Virus record (IMG/VR): IMGVR_UViG_3300023174_000001
Span: 71,070 to 135,069 of that record
Origin: a virus
DNA length: 64,000 nucleotides
Direction: 5' to 3' (one strand)
The notes under the pieces were generated by a model. It had not been told where the DNA came from. It saw nothing but the letters and a program-made list of their open reading frames with translations, and searched no databases. Position numbers and translations under genes: made by a program. Positions 38,301-50,400 of the stretch are shown in pieces; position 1 is the first letter of the stretch, and each line of letters starts with the position of its first letter.

Positions 38301-40834
38301 TAAAAGAGCCAGCAGAGTGGGATGAAGGTAATAAAACACAAGATGAAAAAGATACTTTATTCAATTCTATTTTAGACATTAGAGAAAACTACGGAGAGGC
38401 TTTAGAGGCATTTGTCAAAGCCCAGTATCGAATTACTCAAGAGTGGTTTGAAGAGCGTGGGATAAAACAACTTAGAGTTTATCGTGGCGTAAAAAAGCCT
38501 ATCGGGGCGGATGAGAAGAGTGGGATAGTAAAACTTAGACCGCTATCCGCTTGGTCTCAAAGACTGGACACTTCTTTGGATTTTACAGGTGGCACAATTA
38601 ATCCTAATGGGACAGTTTTTAGGTCAATAGTCGATGTAAAAGATATTTTCTCTACTCCTTTTACTGGGTTTGGTTGCTTAGAAGAAGAAGAAATTGTACT
38701 TCTTGGTGGCAAAAAACAAGTTGACGCAAAACCAGTAAAGGATGTTTGGGGCGGTTTTTGGAAAGACGAGCCACAAGTTGTCATAAACAACGCCCCTATC
38801 CCAAACCTTGGGCCAAAAAAGGGTAAAGGCGGTCTGTCTAAAGAAATCGAAAGAAGACAGAAGCGGGTACAGCAACAACAAGAAGAATATGCTAAACGCC
38901 TAGAAGAGCAAGAAAAAGCCAAAGAAAATATCAAGGGTCAGGTTGAAGCAGATAGAGAAGAGTTACAGCAACAAATTCCTCAAATTGCTCAGTCGCTACC
39001 GCCTATGGTAGAGGATTTATTTGACCCAAATAACCCTATGAATATTTTAGATGCTAAAGACATAACTCAAGACATTTTTGGACTTCCTGGCAGTCCAGAC
39101 ATTAGAGAACCTTACTCGGTTTCGGTTTTGGAGCCAAACCAAGTTTGGAAAGATTTAGTAAAAAATCTAGAAAATCTAGGTTTATCAAATGCTAAAGATA
39201 TTGAAAGTGAAGTAAATGACAAATTTAATTCACAGATATTAGACATAAAAAGAAAAAGAAAAAATGCTTCTGAATCAAAAGAAAAATTAGAAAAATCTTT
39301 AGTGAGGGTGGAAAGAAGTATAAAGGCTCTTGAAGACGAGATGATAATAAATAATTTTGGACTCAATCGGCCTTCGACTGACCCTGCTACTGCACAATTT
39401 TTAGCCCTTATCTCTAGAATTAAATCCGATTTTGATAGTTGGGCTAACCAATATTATCACTTAAGAGCGGGTGGCCCCGCCGATATTGCTAGTTCTCCAC
39501 TATATGATTTGGCAACTATGCTACATAAAGGCGAATGGTCAAGAATTGTGACAGGTGCTAATTCTCAACTAAATGAAATTGGAAAATTACAGGACAGCAG
39601 AGAGAGACAAAAAGGATTTGACAGAGTATTTGCAAAGGTTGTATTAGGCACCTACTTAGTTCCAAACATGGACTACGAGCAGAATCTTAAAAAAATACAT
39701 GAGGAAAAGTATGTAGAAGTTATGTTAGGTAGAAAAGTACCTAAGAGCGTAGTAGATTCTGCTATTTTTGGTCTAAACAACGATTGGATGGAGTGGTATA
39801 AAGACGCGAGCAAACTAAGAAAAGCCACTGACGATTTCTCTAAAAAGGTTTCTGAAGTTATAAAAGAGAAATTAAAGGAACTTGGAATTGAATTTGAACA
39901 TGATGTGTCTATATCAGCAAACAACATAAATTACATCGGCACTGGCAAAGTTAATATATTAAAACTGGCAGAAGGTAAGCCAAAGAGCGAGTGGTGGGAG
40001 GCTGATGGAAATGTCGGTACGCATCTAAAAAATGCTTCCTCGTACGCCTCTATTTTAACAGAGGCTTTACAAGCATTCCCTAGGCCAATTGCCGTAGTCC
40101 TACAAAAATTTATAGTGGAGCATCCAGAAATAATATTCTTTGGTAGCCGTAGAGGTGCTTGGGGTACCACCCCTAAAGACACAGATATAAAAGAAATAAA
40201 AAATGTTGACCCTAAAGATAAGCATATGTTCCTACAACTAGACGGTAGTACTAGGGAAGAGTCCGTGATTACCGCATCTCACGAACTAACCCATATGCTG
40301 ATAACTCAAATTCTTCCTGAAATGCAACCAGTTGAGTGGGCAGTGTTGTCGTCGCTTATTAATCAGACAGATGCAAATGGTAAAATAAGCCACGACTTAA
40401 TTGGAGCAAACGGTGGGGACATTTTGATAGGCGGGGAGTTGACATCTCTTTATCCTAACGATGCTAGGGCCCTAATGACGGCTGAGCCATCTGGCTACAC
40501 TCCAAAAGTGGCAACTCCATACTCCACTAAGTATCAAAATTACGCAGGATTAGGGGCAAAAAGAGGCAGTGTAGTTGGCTTAAATCCATACGGACACGGA
40601 GAGTTACTATCTACATTGACGGAATCTATGTTTAATGGCTCTAATCAGGTGTTTTACGGGCAAGATGGAGTATCTCCTGGCGACAAAGTGCGTATAGGAT
40701 ATAATGCAGATGGAACAGTAAAATACTTTACAATACCAGAATCGCCAATTTTTAATACTGGAGCACTTCCGCTTGGACTTGCGATAGCATTGTTAATGAA
40801 CCAATTAGCGAAAGATAAGTTAGAGGTAATATAA
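32363..40834 (+). CDS. Giant polyvalent protein (2823 aa): four ADP-ribosyltransferase-like domains and a C-terminal zincin
   Basis: R-S-E motif sets FFRG/FQSM/DDEV, LFRG/LASFT/DYET, LYRG/LSAWST/EKEI and VYRG/LSAWS/EEEI; HELTH...GELLS; N-terminal RDRKGRF. Confidence 0.8.
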   Translation: MSEYEDFEPINEINKIIQSEDIQALPSIYEKKEKTNVVTEGTALVASANKKTLPNRRVGRFEMLEVLERSLSRTVLNFNNPSQRAFTAMRELSDFVNMATTGATPKIADAHRDLLPVGHPLSTKKHNFSQEELAYARAEWMSADPRIAEEFRPMVATAFVTPADSVEREYLIAKLEATDATLVPRDVILGLTAGGDPYGGGNSFLARSTRARAQRRDRKGRFAWMGGGAKVWLGELFNAVSSLFRFAGYNSKTDSFDLEGIPGSPYFGKIVSVPASKVEAVKAILPEIPGLALPKSKSVSKNLIVDPASLVVKDAPTGWTKVSSENGVDTFRSADGWVATRYPNLASAPNEPSITRVRGVNDDKSINPDLPVYHIAKGSSDGLITDKPFAITQGWGDAQALIARYDKKITSSGKRKKASKSAQQKFIKGWTKGEGGYIPGKWNAYTGTSDTAGGKDFYTDPSGRYVAVKLATKQEDIQDWMPDREGIIKRSDERTRKQVLESGLPIHTFDGAKDWDGNVDNLYRLERVKSDGRRELLGFYQDLEDIERDTEIPLTEDKSQDFYESVIADTIQNGGNTIDFVDGSWPEDGYIVAHEADIPQKGGTLAKREELVTPEDFADPIEGPKKLRAFVLKNQDKLSQQGFYLGTWLDTVDVTDENGKVVDQREMVFLDVSEYEPNFDKAFDKAEARSELAYYGVSEGRSFYVKDEKHRREVVRKTPVFDEAEEKRVRAEADKIIKEEGKWFSDNNLELQRTRVAFWKGSGDDAIPNPELQKDYPEIYRRLTRRFEAEKSRGSVFREYIRSVFQMSDGMDPGGRNDGLSGELLRTRDNYVGNDRKTLEMNKALRDGGDVTSKVQKIDALVNKSKLKDDTQFFRGAWLDPELVKDMEVGDMFFDRAFQSMGLEEDTASSYLDFREEVAPGKSRVIFRLLLPKGMNAIHVGDDEVIGRRNTKMRIIRKSKLDGTTYFDVDVEPQTKEEIDARIQGRVAKPEESKDGASSSKLPANDGGGTDGLGDGGTLPINYGPKPAGQRQNNRELESFDPNDPVPAAPRNAGGMTTGTWWAWEKGPDGQQYIDYMRQVACRLTGLPVPETQFDKGRGLHFMLSRGWGAPNEKSIAGMVNAIADGPAQPTLFRGLGISDVEGDASLLGKQVGDTIDMPLASFTRSAGVATWYANDRSRTSGTPVIIKVQQGANGVSLSAKSSYYPMDYETVVNGKFEVVSTEDVTMPFWDRSYVTFHSGNTQAGEPVDLDPVIARREFDIPPEVLVKVREALKANPDADLSEFGSDTIRFTNDRRQYDRQLSVSVWKLSEPKTFKVLELKQVEPLRIKTNNSDGTEQSDSTLLMGPISQNPAPTLSLNNSPKLMGERPEQATRIADPEEAIWDRALIDIGIRDEVIDETIRTQDNLENVTRQALKDHVSLEIRKKLKGVSDKEFVELMTQGLANNLTVEDFGFEGTRNIDFIGVVDIDGNSNRTRGLYTSIGRLISSSGGVPRNFPKDLADRLKTGKITRKDAEEVVRLLNEFRATPPFVDNGKLHIPSVDDKDFMEYLRYRTVSNLISMWAVSSNGTNPLSLAIQSVAEKEFGVKGMAEWDMPIGVANEVKDIAKKNENILRKFLRAQYDLTQEYFQKKGISKITLYRGIKEFMRHDIKDATFPSENGFMASIKLRPLSAWSTSMGIANRFRNIQSGKMFRKEFDVKDIFSLPSTGVGCFPEKEIVVLGGLTKDVDISGEYKVDQPRAVFPSPEPRPITYKEDQPQIQVNNAPIDLSRIPPDDGGEEPELDIFDLEGVNPFYADPAFHKQQVARNIADSDEMVEVSDFDMVELSGWFNLFSTDELEWGDDGKRAVGSIRLLALDNGEWSGDYDFSDLLSSVEENIKFGGVEPFKKGSVLERVVNGYINGEDPSISKEELAKFFEEYNEHFDVDYADSYLVPDIENQQFMNLLREEIASNLIHVWAETSNGDHPMSHAIQEIAADILDIKEPAEWDEGNKTQDEKDTLFNSILDIRENYGEALEAFVKAQYRITQEWFEERGIKQLRVYRGVKKPIGADEKSGIVKLRPLSAWSQRLDTSLDFTGGTINPNGTVFRSIVDVKDIFSTPFTGFGCLEEEEIVLLGGKKQVDAKPVKDVWGGFWKDEPQVVINNAPIPNLGPKKGKGGLSKEIERRQKRVQQQQEEYAKRLEEQEKAKENIKGQVEADREELQQQIPQIAQSLPPMVEDLFDPNNPMNILDAKDITQDIFGLPGSPDIREPYSVSVLEPNQVWKDLVKNLENLGLSNAKDIESEVNDKFNSQILDIKRKRKNASESKEKLEKSLVRVERSIKALEDEMIINNFGLNRPSTDPATAQFLALISRIKSDFDSWANQYYHLRAGGPADIASSPLYDLATMLHKGEWSRIVTGANSQLNEIGKLQDSRERQKGFDRVFAKVVLGTYLVPNMDYEQNLKKIHEEKYVEVMLGRKVPKSVVDSAIFGLNNDWMEWYKDASKLRKATDDFSKKVSEVIKEKLKELGIEFEHDVSISANNINYIGTGKVNILKLAEGKPKSEWWEADGNVGTHLKNASSYASILTEALQAFPRPIAVVLQKFIVEHPEIIFFGSRRGAWGTTPKDTDIKEIKNVDPKDKHMFLQLDGSTREESVITASHELTHMLITQILPEMQPVEWAVLSSLINQTDANGKISHDLIGANGGDILIGGELTSLYPNDARALMTAEPSGYTPKVATPYSTKYQNYAGLGAKRGSVVGLNPYGHGELLSTLTESMFNGSNQVFYGQDGVSPGDKVRIGYNADGTVKYFTIPESPIFNTGALPLGLAIALLMNQLAKDKLEVI
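35301..35474 (+). CDS. Nested overlapping small gene (+1 frame, 57 aa), candidate ART partner/immunity protein
   Basis: MPESKGESQNLKNLKMVQVPANFQQMTEEEQMAWATEAHSQLITALNQQDKGKTTES, directly after ART domain 1, where the main frame is a G/D/S-rich linker. Confidence 0.5.
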   Translation: MPESKGESQNLKNLKMVQVPANFQQMTEEEQMAWATEAHSQLITALNQQDKGKTTES

Positions 40835-41064
40835 TGTCAGAAAATGATAAAGAAGAAGTAATTTGGTCCGAGACCGACAATGACAATGCCGATTGGATAA
40901 AGTCTTCCAGTTGGGATTTGCCAACCGATGTAGATGAGTTCCTGAGGTCACTAGGAAATTTGTCTATTGAACACTTTATGACCCTGCCAGCGTCTAAGGC
41001 TATGCCAGCCGAACTAATCAACAAACTTATTGAGTACGGGCACTTAAAACCAAAAGGCTTATAA
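40834..41064 (+). CDS. Small acidic protein, candidate effector partner
   Basis: TAATG-coupled to the giant gene; DNADWIK...WDLP. Confidence 0.75.
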   Translation: MSENDKEEVIWSETDNDNADWIKSSSWDLPTDVDEFLRSLGNLSIEHFMTLPASKAMPAELINKLIEYGHLKPKGL

Positions 41065-41065
41065 A

Positions 41066-41374
41066 ATGAAAATCACATTTCCAGATGGAAGTTTTCTAGA
41101 GTATTACTATTCTGTAGATATAAGTACTAAGTATCTAGACGATGAAAATTCTATAGCCCACCGTGCTTGGCTTGACTGGAGAATTTTACTTATGGGCAAA
41201 GAGCAAAAAACCTATAAGTTTAAAAAATTTCTAGGGTCAATGGACATAAAGGCAGATGACCCGCTTTTCTTTAGAATGTTTATTGAGGATAACTTCCCGC
41301 TTGCCAAATTTAATGGCGACTTAGTTCAAGAAATTCCAGAAGAATATAGGCCTTTAGGATTTATTGTAGAATAG
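41066..41374 (+). CDS. Hypothetical protein, candidate effector partner
   Basis: Starts 1 nt after the previous stop. Confidence 0.7.
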   Translation: MKITFPDGSFLEYYYSVDISTKYLDDENSIAHRAWLDWRILLMGKEQKTYKFKKFLGSMDIKADDPLFFRMFIEDNFPLAKFNGDLVQEIPEEYRPLGFIVE

Positions 41375-41464
41375 GACTACCTAATAAATAGGCTAATAGA
41401 CGCACTGCTATAATTTTTTTATACAATAGCGGTTCCTTTTGAAGTCAGTCCAGGAGAATTTTTA

Positions 41465-44400
41465 ATGACCTACGCCTTTGGCATTTACTTTGAAGATGAT
41501 GACAACCTCGGACTGGTAGCGGCTGGTAATCGCTGGAATTCTGGCGGAAACTCTACTTTAGCCCGTCGTCTCCGTGTGGCTATGCAACGCCGTGACCGTT
41601 ATGGTCGCTGGGCTGAAATGGGTGGAGGAATCTCCTTCAAAGGTAGGTTCGGCAACACTGGAAGAGTCATGGATGCCGTTGGTCGTTATGTCGGCCCCGC
41701 TGAGCGTGAAGGCTATATGCGTGTCTATGTCACCAGCGGAAGAGGTCTTCAAACTGGTGTCTATGAAGTGCCATCAAAAGTTGCCACTGTAGCAAAGGCT
41801 CTTCTAAGTGAAGAAGCCCTAAAAGATGTCGGCGTAAACCTAGATGTCAATGGAAACCAAGTTGGCGATGTTTTAGATAGAGATATTGAATTCTTCGCTG
41901 GAATGTTCAAGGGCAAGCCAACCGATTTTGAATTGGATATGGCTCGTGGCAAGGTTAGCCCGAAAGAGAAAAATACAATTGTAAAGGCTCGTCTAAAGGC
42001 TCCAGCCCACAAGTCATACAACATTGTTGATAAGAACGGCGTTCGTATTGACAAAGATGAAGAGCCTACTAAGCCAGATGTAAAGAAGCCAAGCAAAAAG
42101 GCTAAGCCAGCCGAAGTCTTCCCGCTACCAGACTTAGATAAAGATATAGCGGAAGAGAACCCTAAGAAATGGGCAACGCTATCTGAAGAAGAACGAGCAG
42201 CAAAACTTAAAAAAGAGCGTAGTCGTCGTGACTTTTATGTAGGTGCTAATGGCAAGCGTATTCCAGATAATAAACTAACTGACGCAGATAAAACTCCAGA
42301 GAACCGCCGTATCCGTGACTTAAAGAACCACCGTGTTCTTGACGGCAATGGTCGTCTTATAGAGTTCATTCCAGAGTATAAGCCAGAAGCAAACCCAGTG
42401 CCACAGGGCGAATTCCACCCAGTGGAAGACCCAGATGAAGGCTTTTGGAACGCCAACCAAGTAAAGCCGGGGGAAGTTCAAAAGAACCTGACTACTCCTG
42501 AAGAAGTTTACGAAGCACTATATAACGGTGGATTTGTTGAAGTACCAATAGAACTAGCACTAGCAGCGGGTGATATTGCTTATGCTGATTTGCCATTCAT
42601 AGGTAGAGACGAAAACCCTCTATTCCAGTCAAATCCTAATGACCCTAGATTTAGAGAAATTGCTAATATCCTCTCTTCTCTACCTCCAGCACAGGAAAAC
42701 AGACTAAAGCGTGCCATAAACCTAGCCCTCATGAGTGAAGAAAAAATTGATGCTCTAAAGGCTTATCTAGAAGAAAATGTTGGAGAGGCTACTGGTTTAT
42801 CCCCAGAAGCGTTTGCTGAACTGCACAAAAAATTCCGTAACCTAGGTGTCGACCTCACCAACATGCGTATCCAAGGTGTAGATGCTTTCAGCAACGATAA
42901 CCTCGGTGCTGAGCGTATTAATATGCCTCAACTTGACGCAGACGACCAAGCGGATTTCTTGGCATACTGCGACAGACTTGGTATCAACTACAAAGAAGCA
43001 ATGGCTAGACCGCAAGAACTGCACCCTATCCAAGCAGAAATGGACTTTGGGGATGTCATAAAGATTAAGAAATCTTGGCTGGACCCTGAACTTCGCAAGA
43101 GGTTTGGTATGGATGACCAGTACCTATTTGTTACTAGAGACGGTTATGTTCTAGACGGACATCACAGATGGTCATCTGCTCTTCTTGCTGAGATGGAGAG
43201 CGGTAAGCCAATCAACCTAAAGGTAATGGTTCTAGATATGGACCACGAAGATGCCTTGAAGTTTGTGAACGAGTACAACGACCATGTTGGTATCACTCGT
43301 CAAATGGTTGGCGGAAATAAGGTCGCTGACCCTAGACCTGAGGCCCCTAAAGCCGAACTACCTACAGGTCCATCTGTTGTTTCTGATGATGGCGGAATTG
43401 TTCCAAATTATGGCCCAGAAGGACCAACGCCACCTGATGGCGGGGACAATGTAGTAACTCCTAGTGGAGAAAACTTTAATAACTGGCTCGATAGAGAACT
43501 TGCCAATGTTGGCGACAGGATTATTCCAGAATTTAGCGGAAAACTAACTAACGATACCCCTAACCCAGAGAGCAGAACCAGCCCTTTCCCTGGCTCTCGC
43601 ACCGTGGTAACTAATCTTTTGGCATATAGAGACTCACTGATGTCTGCACTGAAAGAAAGTGCACTTGACGGAAACACTGAAAAATTCAAGTTTCAATTTG
43701 AAATTGCTAAAAGAGTTACAAAACTCTTAAATAAGATACACGAAAATTTTTCTAACGACAAAAAATATGGTGCCGATACCGAACTAGAACTTAGTACTAG
43801 CAATCCTGAAGAAAAACTAAAAGCAATTAGAGTTCTTCCAGAAACTATGAAGACCGAAATTGATAATAGAGGAATTAAGAGAATAAAGTCATTTAGTGCC
43901 GTAATTATTGCTAAAAACGGAAAACCTTTCTTACTAAAGTGGTCTACGCATTCTTCACAGGCTTACAGTATTAAGCCAGATGGAAGCATTAACTCTACTA
44001 ATGACGGCGGTGGAACAACTTTTGCAGAAATCCAAGACTATAACAGTGTAGTTGATGGAAAACCAGTAGCAACGATTGCCCATGTGGGTGGAGCATTTAC
44101 CGAAGATAGCCACCATGCTCTAGGCTTTGGTGGTGCCCACATTATGCTATCCCGCTGGGTTATGCATATGTTTAATGGTGGAAAACTTCAGCACAGTTCA
44201 AACTTGAGTGCTAGAGGAAACGCATACTCAAAGATGGTCTCTAGAGACATGCGTTGGAACAATAGAGCACAGGCGGACAAAGCAGTTCAAGTAAATTGTC
44301 CAAATGCGGATATTTTTAAAGTCCTCACAGACATGGGATTGGTTGACGGGGAATATATTCCAGCAACACCTGGTGCTAAGCAGAATGATAATACTCCTGG

Positions 44401-47400
44401 TGGACATGGAAGTTCCAGTGGTGGAAGAGGTTGGCTAAAGAGACTAACATTCACAAATAATCAAGGTTGGTCTGACAATGCTTCTGTTTTAAGAAGTTTT
44501 AGCATAAACGGCATTGTTTCAGATTTAGAGCAAAGATTTAATGCCAAGACCGATGAAGAGAAACAGGCAGCACTAGATGCTATGCCACCTATTTTTAGAG
44601 ATTTCTTTGCTGGAGATAAGTCTAGAAATATTGAATTCCGTTTCGAGGATTTTGATGTTCAGTATAATTTGCTTGCTACTGCTTATAGCGATGGAATGAA
44701 GCAGCAGGAAGCCGTAGATTTCTTAAACACATTAATTGATGGATTGCCTCAACTTGACGCTGCCTTTGGGTTAAACAGAGCACATACAGACTCAATTCAA
44801 AAATTAAAGCGTCTAAGAGACGCTATAGCGGCTCGTCAATGGGACCAAGCCAACAATAACTACAACAGACCTAAGCCTTTCAATACAAACAGCATTCGTG
44901 CTATTCAATCCCCATTTGCTGGACACTTCAAGTTCAATGAATGGCAACTTCCTAGAGATGTAAATAGGATTATGAATGACCTGCCGTTTGACCCAAGACC
45001 AAGAAGCAACGGAGAACATGCTGACTGGACAGAAGACCCTCAACGACTACAAGAGTTGTACGGACCTGAAACTCTTCTCGCTTCTCTTAGAGACTCTATT
45101 CTCAGGAATAAAGGTAAAATTGCCAATCTTCCAGCACTATCTACTGGTGCTGATGGTGTAAACAATGTAAATCCAACTGCTGTCTACAAAGCATTGGAAA
45201 ACCACGGATACGATACTGAACTTATCCTTGCTGGAATTTACGATGAACTAAATGGCAACACCGCTAACACAGATGCTTTGACTGCAAAAAGAAGTGAACT
45301 TGGAAACCTACAAGGCATCATTGAGCAGTTGGCAAGAGAAGTTGGACAATTAGACGAGCCAGTAGAATTTTCTAGCATTGGTGGAGACTATGACCCAGCA
45401 AGCCGTATTCTTCAATCAGACATTGTAAAGCGTGGAGATGTCGGAGAAGTTCCTACATCACTTCAACTAAAACCGCTTGCCTTAGACAATGAATCTTACG
45501 ATTATGTAAACGCTAACGGCGGTAGAAGTCAAGTAATGCGAAATGCATCCTATGTTCCGCAAATACCTCTTTCTAAATTTTACATTGATGGGGTAGCAGA
45601 TAATCCAAAGATTATTGCTAGAAACTTTAACCCAACTGGTCTAAGGAACGCTCTAATTGACGCTGTTTCAAACAACAGAAACTCAGTCAAACTAAGATTC
45701 CCTAATGGAAATGAACTAATTGTTGAAAACGCTGCTATTAGAGATGCTCTACAACTTCAGGGTTATGACATCAACAGAGTTTTGTCAGAACAGACAACCA
45801 TAAGACCAGCAATAAAACAGATTTCTAGTATTCAAGATAGAGATGATGTTGACGGCAATGGCACTAGAGTTACTGATTTTGGTATTGGAACAGACATAGC
45901 AAATGGTCCTGGATTTAGACAAAAGAGAAATGATGGAACAGGCGAGTTTGATTTCTCATTAGTAGATTTAACTAATCCAGCAAGAAATACAGTCGCTCAA
46001 ATAGCAAAAATAAAGAAAAATGCAGACGGTAAATTTGAAGTTTGGGTGGCAAAAAGGGCAGATGGAAAAACTGACGAGTTTACTGGAGAGCCTAACGGTG
46101 TATATGAAAATGTACAAAATGCTCTTTTTGATGTAAAAAACCACATTCAAAAAGAACTAAATATTAATGCCAACACAAACCTTCTAGGAACCGCTTCAAA
46201 ACCTGTTGCTAGTCCTGACTATTCTATTGTCGGCGGTCAAGATGACGAGTCTCAAATTACCGTCGGAGATATGGTCCTAACTAAGCCAGACGGGGCTGAA
46301 TCTTTTGTAGTTTACACAAACGGAGACAGTGCAAGAGGATTTAGAAGAATACCTGGCTCTGAAGATGGTGTCAGTACTGGAACGGTATACACTCAGACCG
46401 TTCAATCAACTGGAGACATATATTCAGAATCATTCAAGCATGTCTCTAAAGATGTAGATGGCCAACTCAAAGAAAAGCAAGTATTTGCTATTACAAAGAT
46501 TGGCGATAAGTTCCAACTAACCACCAACAGGTTTGGTAGTGACAACTTAAGTCCAGATAGGACAGAGACTCTAATTTTTGGTAGTTATGATGATGCCAAA
46601 GATTTTGCAGTTAGAGGACTAATTAACGGCAAAATTGGTTTTCAAACTGACCAAGTTAAAAACTTCCCTAACCTAACAACAACTAGAGAAGTAACTAAGC
46701 CATCAGCAGATTTGCCAAATCAACAGATTACTCAGGATGCTGCCTCTATTCAGATAGTTACACCTGCAACTATGACTAGCGGAGTAGTTGGAGAACTGAA
46801 AGTAACTGTCCAAAAAGGTGCCCACCCTGCTTGGAGAAATGGTGTTGTAAACACCCCTTATGTTTTTGCTGAGTTTAGTTTCTCTCCACCAGCATCACAA
46901 GGCGGAGAGCCAGCATACATAACTGGTAAAATTATTAGAACTGGTCGCTCAGAGTGGCAAGTAAAGATGACTGGAAACAGTCCTAGTTTTAATGAAAATG
47001 GTCAATATATTAGCGGTTCTCTCAGGGAGGGCACCAATTACGAATCTACTAAGCAAGATGCCCTAGACAGACTAAAAAAGAAACTTGATGCTGCTTTTGG
47101 TATAGAAGAATCCCAAAGAGACCGAGGAGAGTCTGTTCTACCTAGAATTAGACTTGTTGATAAGGCCGTTGAACTTGAGCCTAAACCAGAACCTCCTGCC
47201 TCGGATGACCCTAGTCTGCTTGCAGATGGTGTCTTTGATGAATTCTTGGCAGTTAGAAACACTCCTCTTGATATTCCAGACGCTACAAGTCGTGGGTACA
47301 TGGGTCTGGGGATGTCTGACTCTGCGAGATTTGAAACTCCAGATGGTAAAAACTACAAGGTCAAAGATGAGGGCAGTAGAAAAGCAGCATCCGAGTCATT

Positions 47401-50400
47401 AAACCACGCTCTACATTTGGCCTTGGGAATTCCAGCAACTCCCGCTAGAACTGGAAAAGCACCTGGCACAAGAAACCAAGTCAACCTAATTGACCCGTTC
47501 GAACCAGACATTGTTCCAGGTCGAGTAAATGGTAATATGAATGGTCAAGAACTATTTACTAATGCCGAGTTCAACAAGCCAGAAAACCAGCAAGCAATTG
47601 CCGACATACAAGAGGGTCTAATAATTGACTACTGGCTTGGAAATGTTGACTTTGTACTAAATTCAGGAAACTCTTTTGTCGCCGTGAGAGATGGCGTAAG
47701 AAGAGGTGTTCGTTGCGATGTTGGTGGAGGAATGTTCTCCGCAATTGGACAACAGGTAATTAATGACTGGACTGACCCAAACGAAGCGGTAAGAGAGTTT
47801 AAGCACTATAACAACGATTTCATGGGCAATAATGATACAGTCGCTGGCTCAACCACCGATGGGCACATGAGACGAGGCCTCACTAAAGAAAAGTATGTTG
47901 AGATGGGCAGAAGAACCCTTCTCCGCCTAACAGACGATAAAATCGACAGATTAGTTGATGCCCACATCACCGACCCTACCGATAACGCTAGAGCAAAACA
48001 GGCTCTAAAGGCTAGACGCGTAGCAATGCTTAATTATCTAGGCATTGACCCTAATGAGGCACCACCAACAGGTGGACAGCCTAGGCCGACATACGCAATT
48101 TTACCGAATGCTCAGTTGGCCAGAGACGGCTATGAGTTTGTCGGAATCAATGTTGAAGGTAAAAAAATTGTAAGAACTAGGGGAGCCGTTCTATCCGACG
48201 GAGTCTTTGTTGCCCCGATTGAGAATATTCCAGAAGCAGTCAGAGAAAACATAATTAATGGAATTTTTGTTCCAGAAAATCTACCTTTCCACGCCATAGA
48301 TAGAAATGACCAAAGTAAATCTATCGTCATTGACGGTGCTGGATTGGTTAGACCTGCTTCATCTATTGCTGCTGGATACACATCTCTAATTATTAGAAAG
48401 AAACTTCCTAACGGGCAGTACGGATATTTGATTGCTAGACCTGGCAACACTGAACTAACTAAACCACATGGTAAGGCAAACGCAAATAAGTTTGGTCCAA
48501 TCATTCATGAAAACACACCTGGCCAACCTCCAAAAAATGCAAAAGATATTGTAAATGAGATTTTTGGAACAGGCAATGCTGGAATTGGCGACAGAGTTAT
48601 TGCTGAAAAAGAGATTCTTTTAGATATTCCTGGTTTACTTGGGAAGCAAAGAGTTTTAGTTGCCGATATTGATGACTTTGACTTCTCTGCTACTAGAGAT
48701 TTTGCAATGGCTAATGGTCAAATTGGGCCATCAAAATTTGCAACAGGTGCGAACTTTATAAAAGGATACCCACACACTCCTATTCTTTCTCAGGCTCCTG
48801 GCGATGGCGATAGAATTGCAAACAAACTTAGAGAGTGGGAACAAAACTGGCATTCTACTGCTAGCAATGTTCCTACTGAATCAGACAACAGAAGCGGTGG
48901 AGACGACGGAAGCGGTCCATCAAATCCTGGCGGTGGCGATGGCGGAGGTGGAACTAGCGGACCTCCTCCATCTGGCTCGTCAGATGATTGGAAGACTCAC
49001 TCTAGAATTTCTTTGGTATCTAGAAGACCTGGATTCCCAGAAACAATAACACGACTCAACATTTTTAGTAGAGCAGACGGTGCTCTTGCTGTAGATGATG
49101 TGAGTTCAGGAAACACAATTGGCCATATCAAGCCACTTGAGCACGGCCACTGGGTAGCAACATTTATGCCTGGCCTTATCGGAGATAATAATAACGGTAA
49201 TGCTGCTAAGGCGTTCTTTGCAAATAAAAAAGATGCTGAGAACTGGCTAACTAAAAAAATCTATGACCTAAGTTATGCTGACCCTAGAGGTGGAGAAAGA
49301 ATTGCCACCACGGTTGGCGTTTCAGGAGATAGGTCTTATGACGAAAATGCTCCTCAACCTCCTTTTGTTGTAGAAAGAGGATTCCTAAACCCAACCACTC
49401 CTGCTCAAACTCGTTTGGCTAAGAGACTTGTCAAGGGTAAGAAGGCAACTCCTGAAGAAAGGGCTATGTACAAAGCCATTCTTTCTCAGAAAAACCCTAC
49501 CGTTGGCGATGTTGGTTGGATAATTGGTCAACTTAGAGATAGAGAAGATAGGGATTCAGCAGAACTAGCAGCATCAAAGCAAGCACAAAACGATGCTGTA
49601 AATGCTGGCAATCCTATTAGAGAGTCTTCTTTGGATAACGGCGGAGATGGCTCTAACAGAGAGCACACTGTTCTCGCTAAAAACCTACAAGTTGGTCAAA
49701 GAATTCTTGGCAATATCAATGCTGATGTTGTATTCACCGTTCCAGGTGAAAACGACACTATCAATATTGGTGTAGTTGGAGATGACGGAAAACTTAAGGT
49801 TTACAAGGTCAATAAAAATAGAAATCTTACTTGTATTTTTGGAAGACAGCCACAAGTTGCCCCAGCACAGCAAGCAACTCCGCATCCAGCCGTCGCTGCT
49901 CGTGCAAATAGAAGCAGACTAATTCAAGAAGCAATTAGAACAGCGTATCCAAATTCTCACGCTCTTCCTAACGGCGACTTAGTTATTGGTCAAAGAGACC
50001 ACCGTCAAGCCGATGGTAGAGTATTCCGCTACGAAGCAGTGGTCCACAAACTGAAGTCAGATGAGTTTGTTGGTTATGTGAGAAGACAACTTCTAGATGC
50101 TAACGGAAACCCTACTGGAACTGGCGAGGCTGCTTACCTAACTAAGCCAGCCCACTCTCCAAGAGCATTGAAGAACAGATTGTCAGGTAGAGTTATTCCT
50201 GCTCTTATGGCAAACAACCCAGCAAACGGGTTCAACCAGCCAAATGGTGACCGTCAGAACGAAGCAATTGACCCAGCAACTGGATTGCCACTACCAGAGA
50301 GCCTAGTATCTCAAACACGATTTGTTGGCAATACTGGAATTGAAAGCACTGGACACCCTGCCAAAGACGCTCTTATTGAGTATGTTCAAACACTTGTTGC

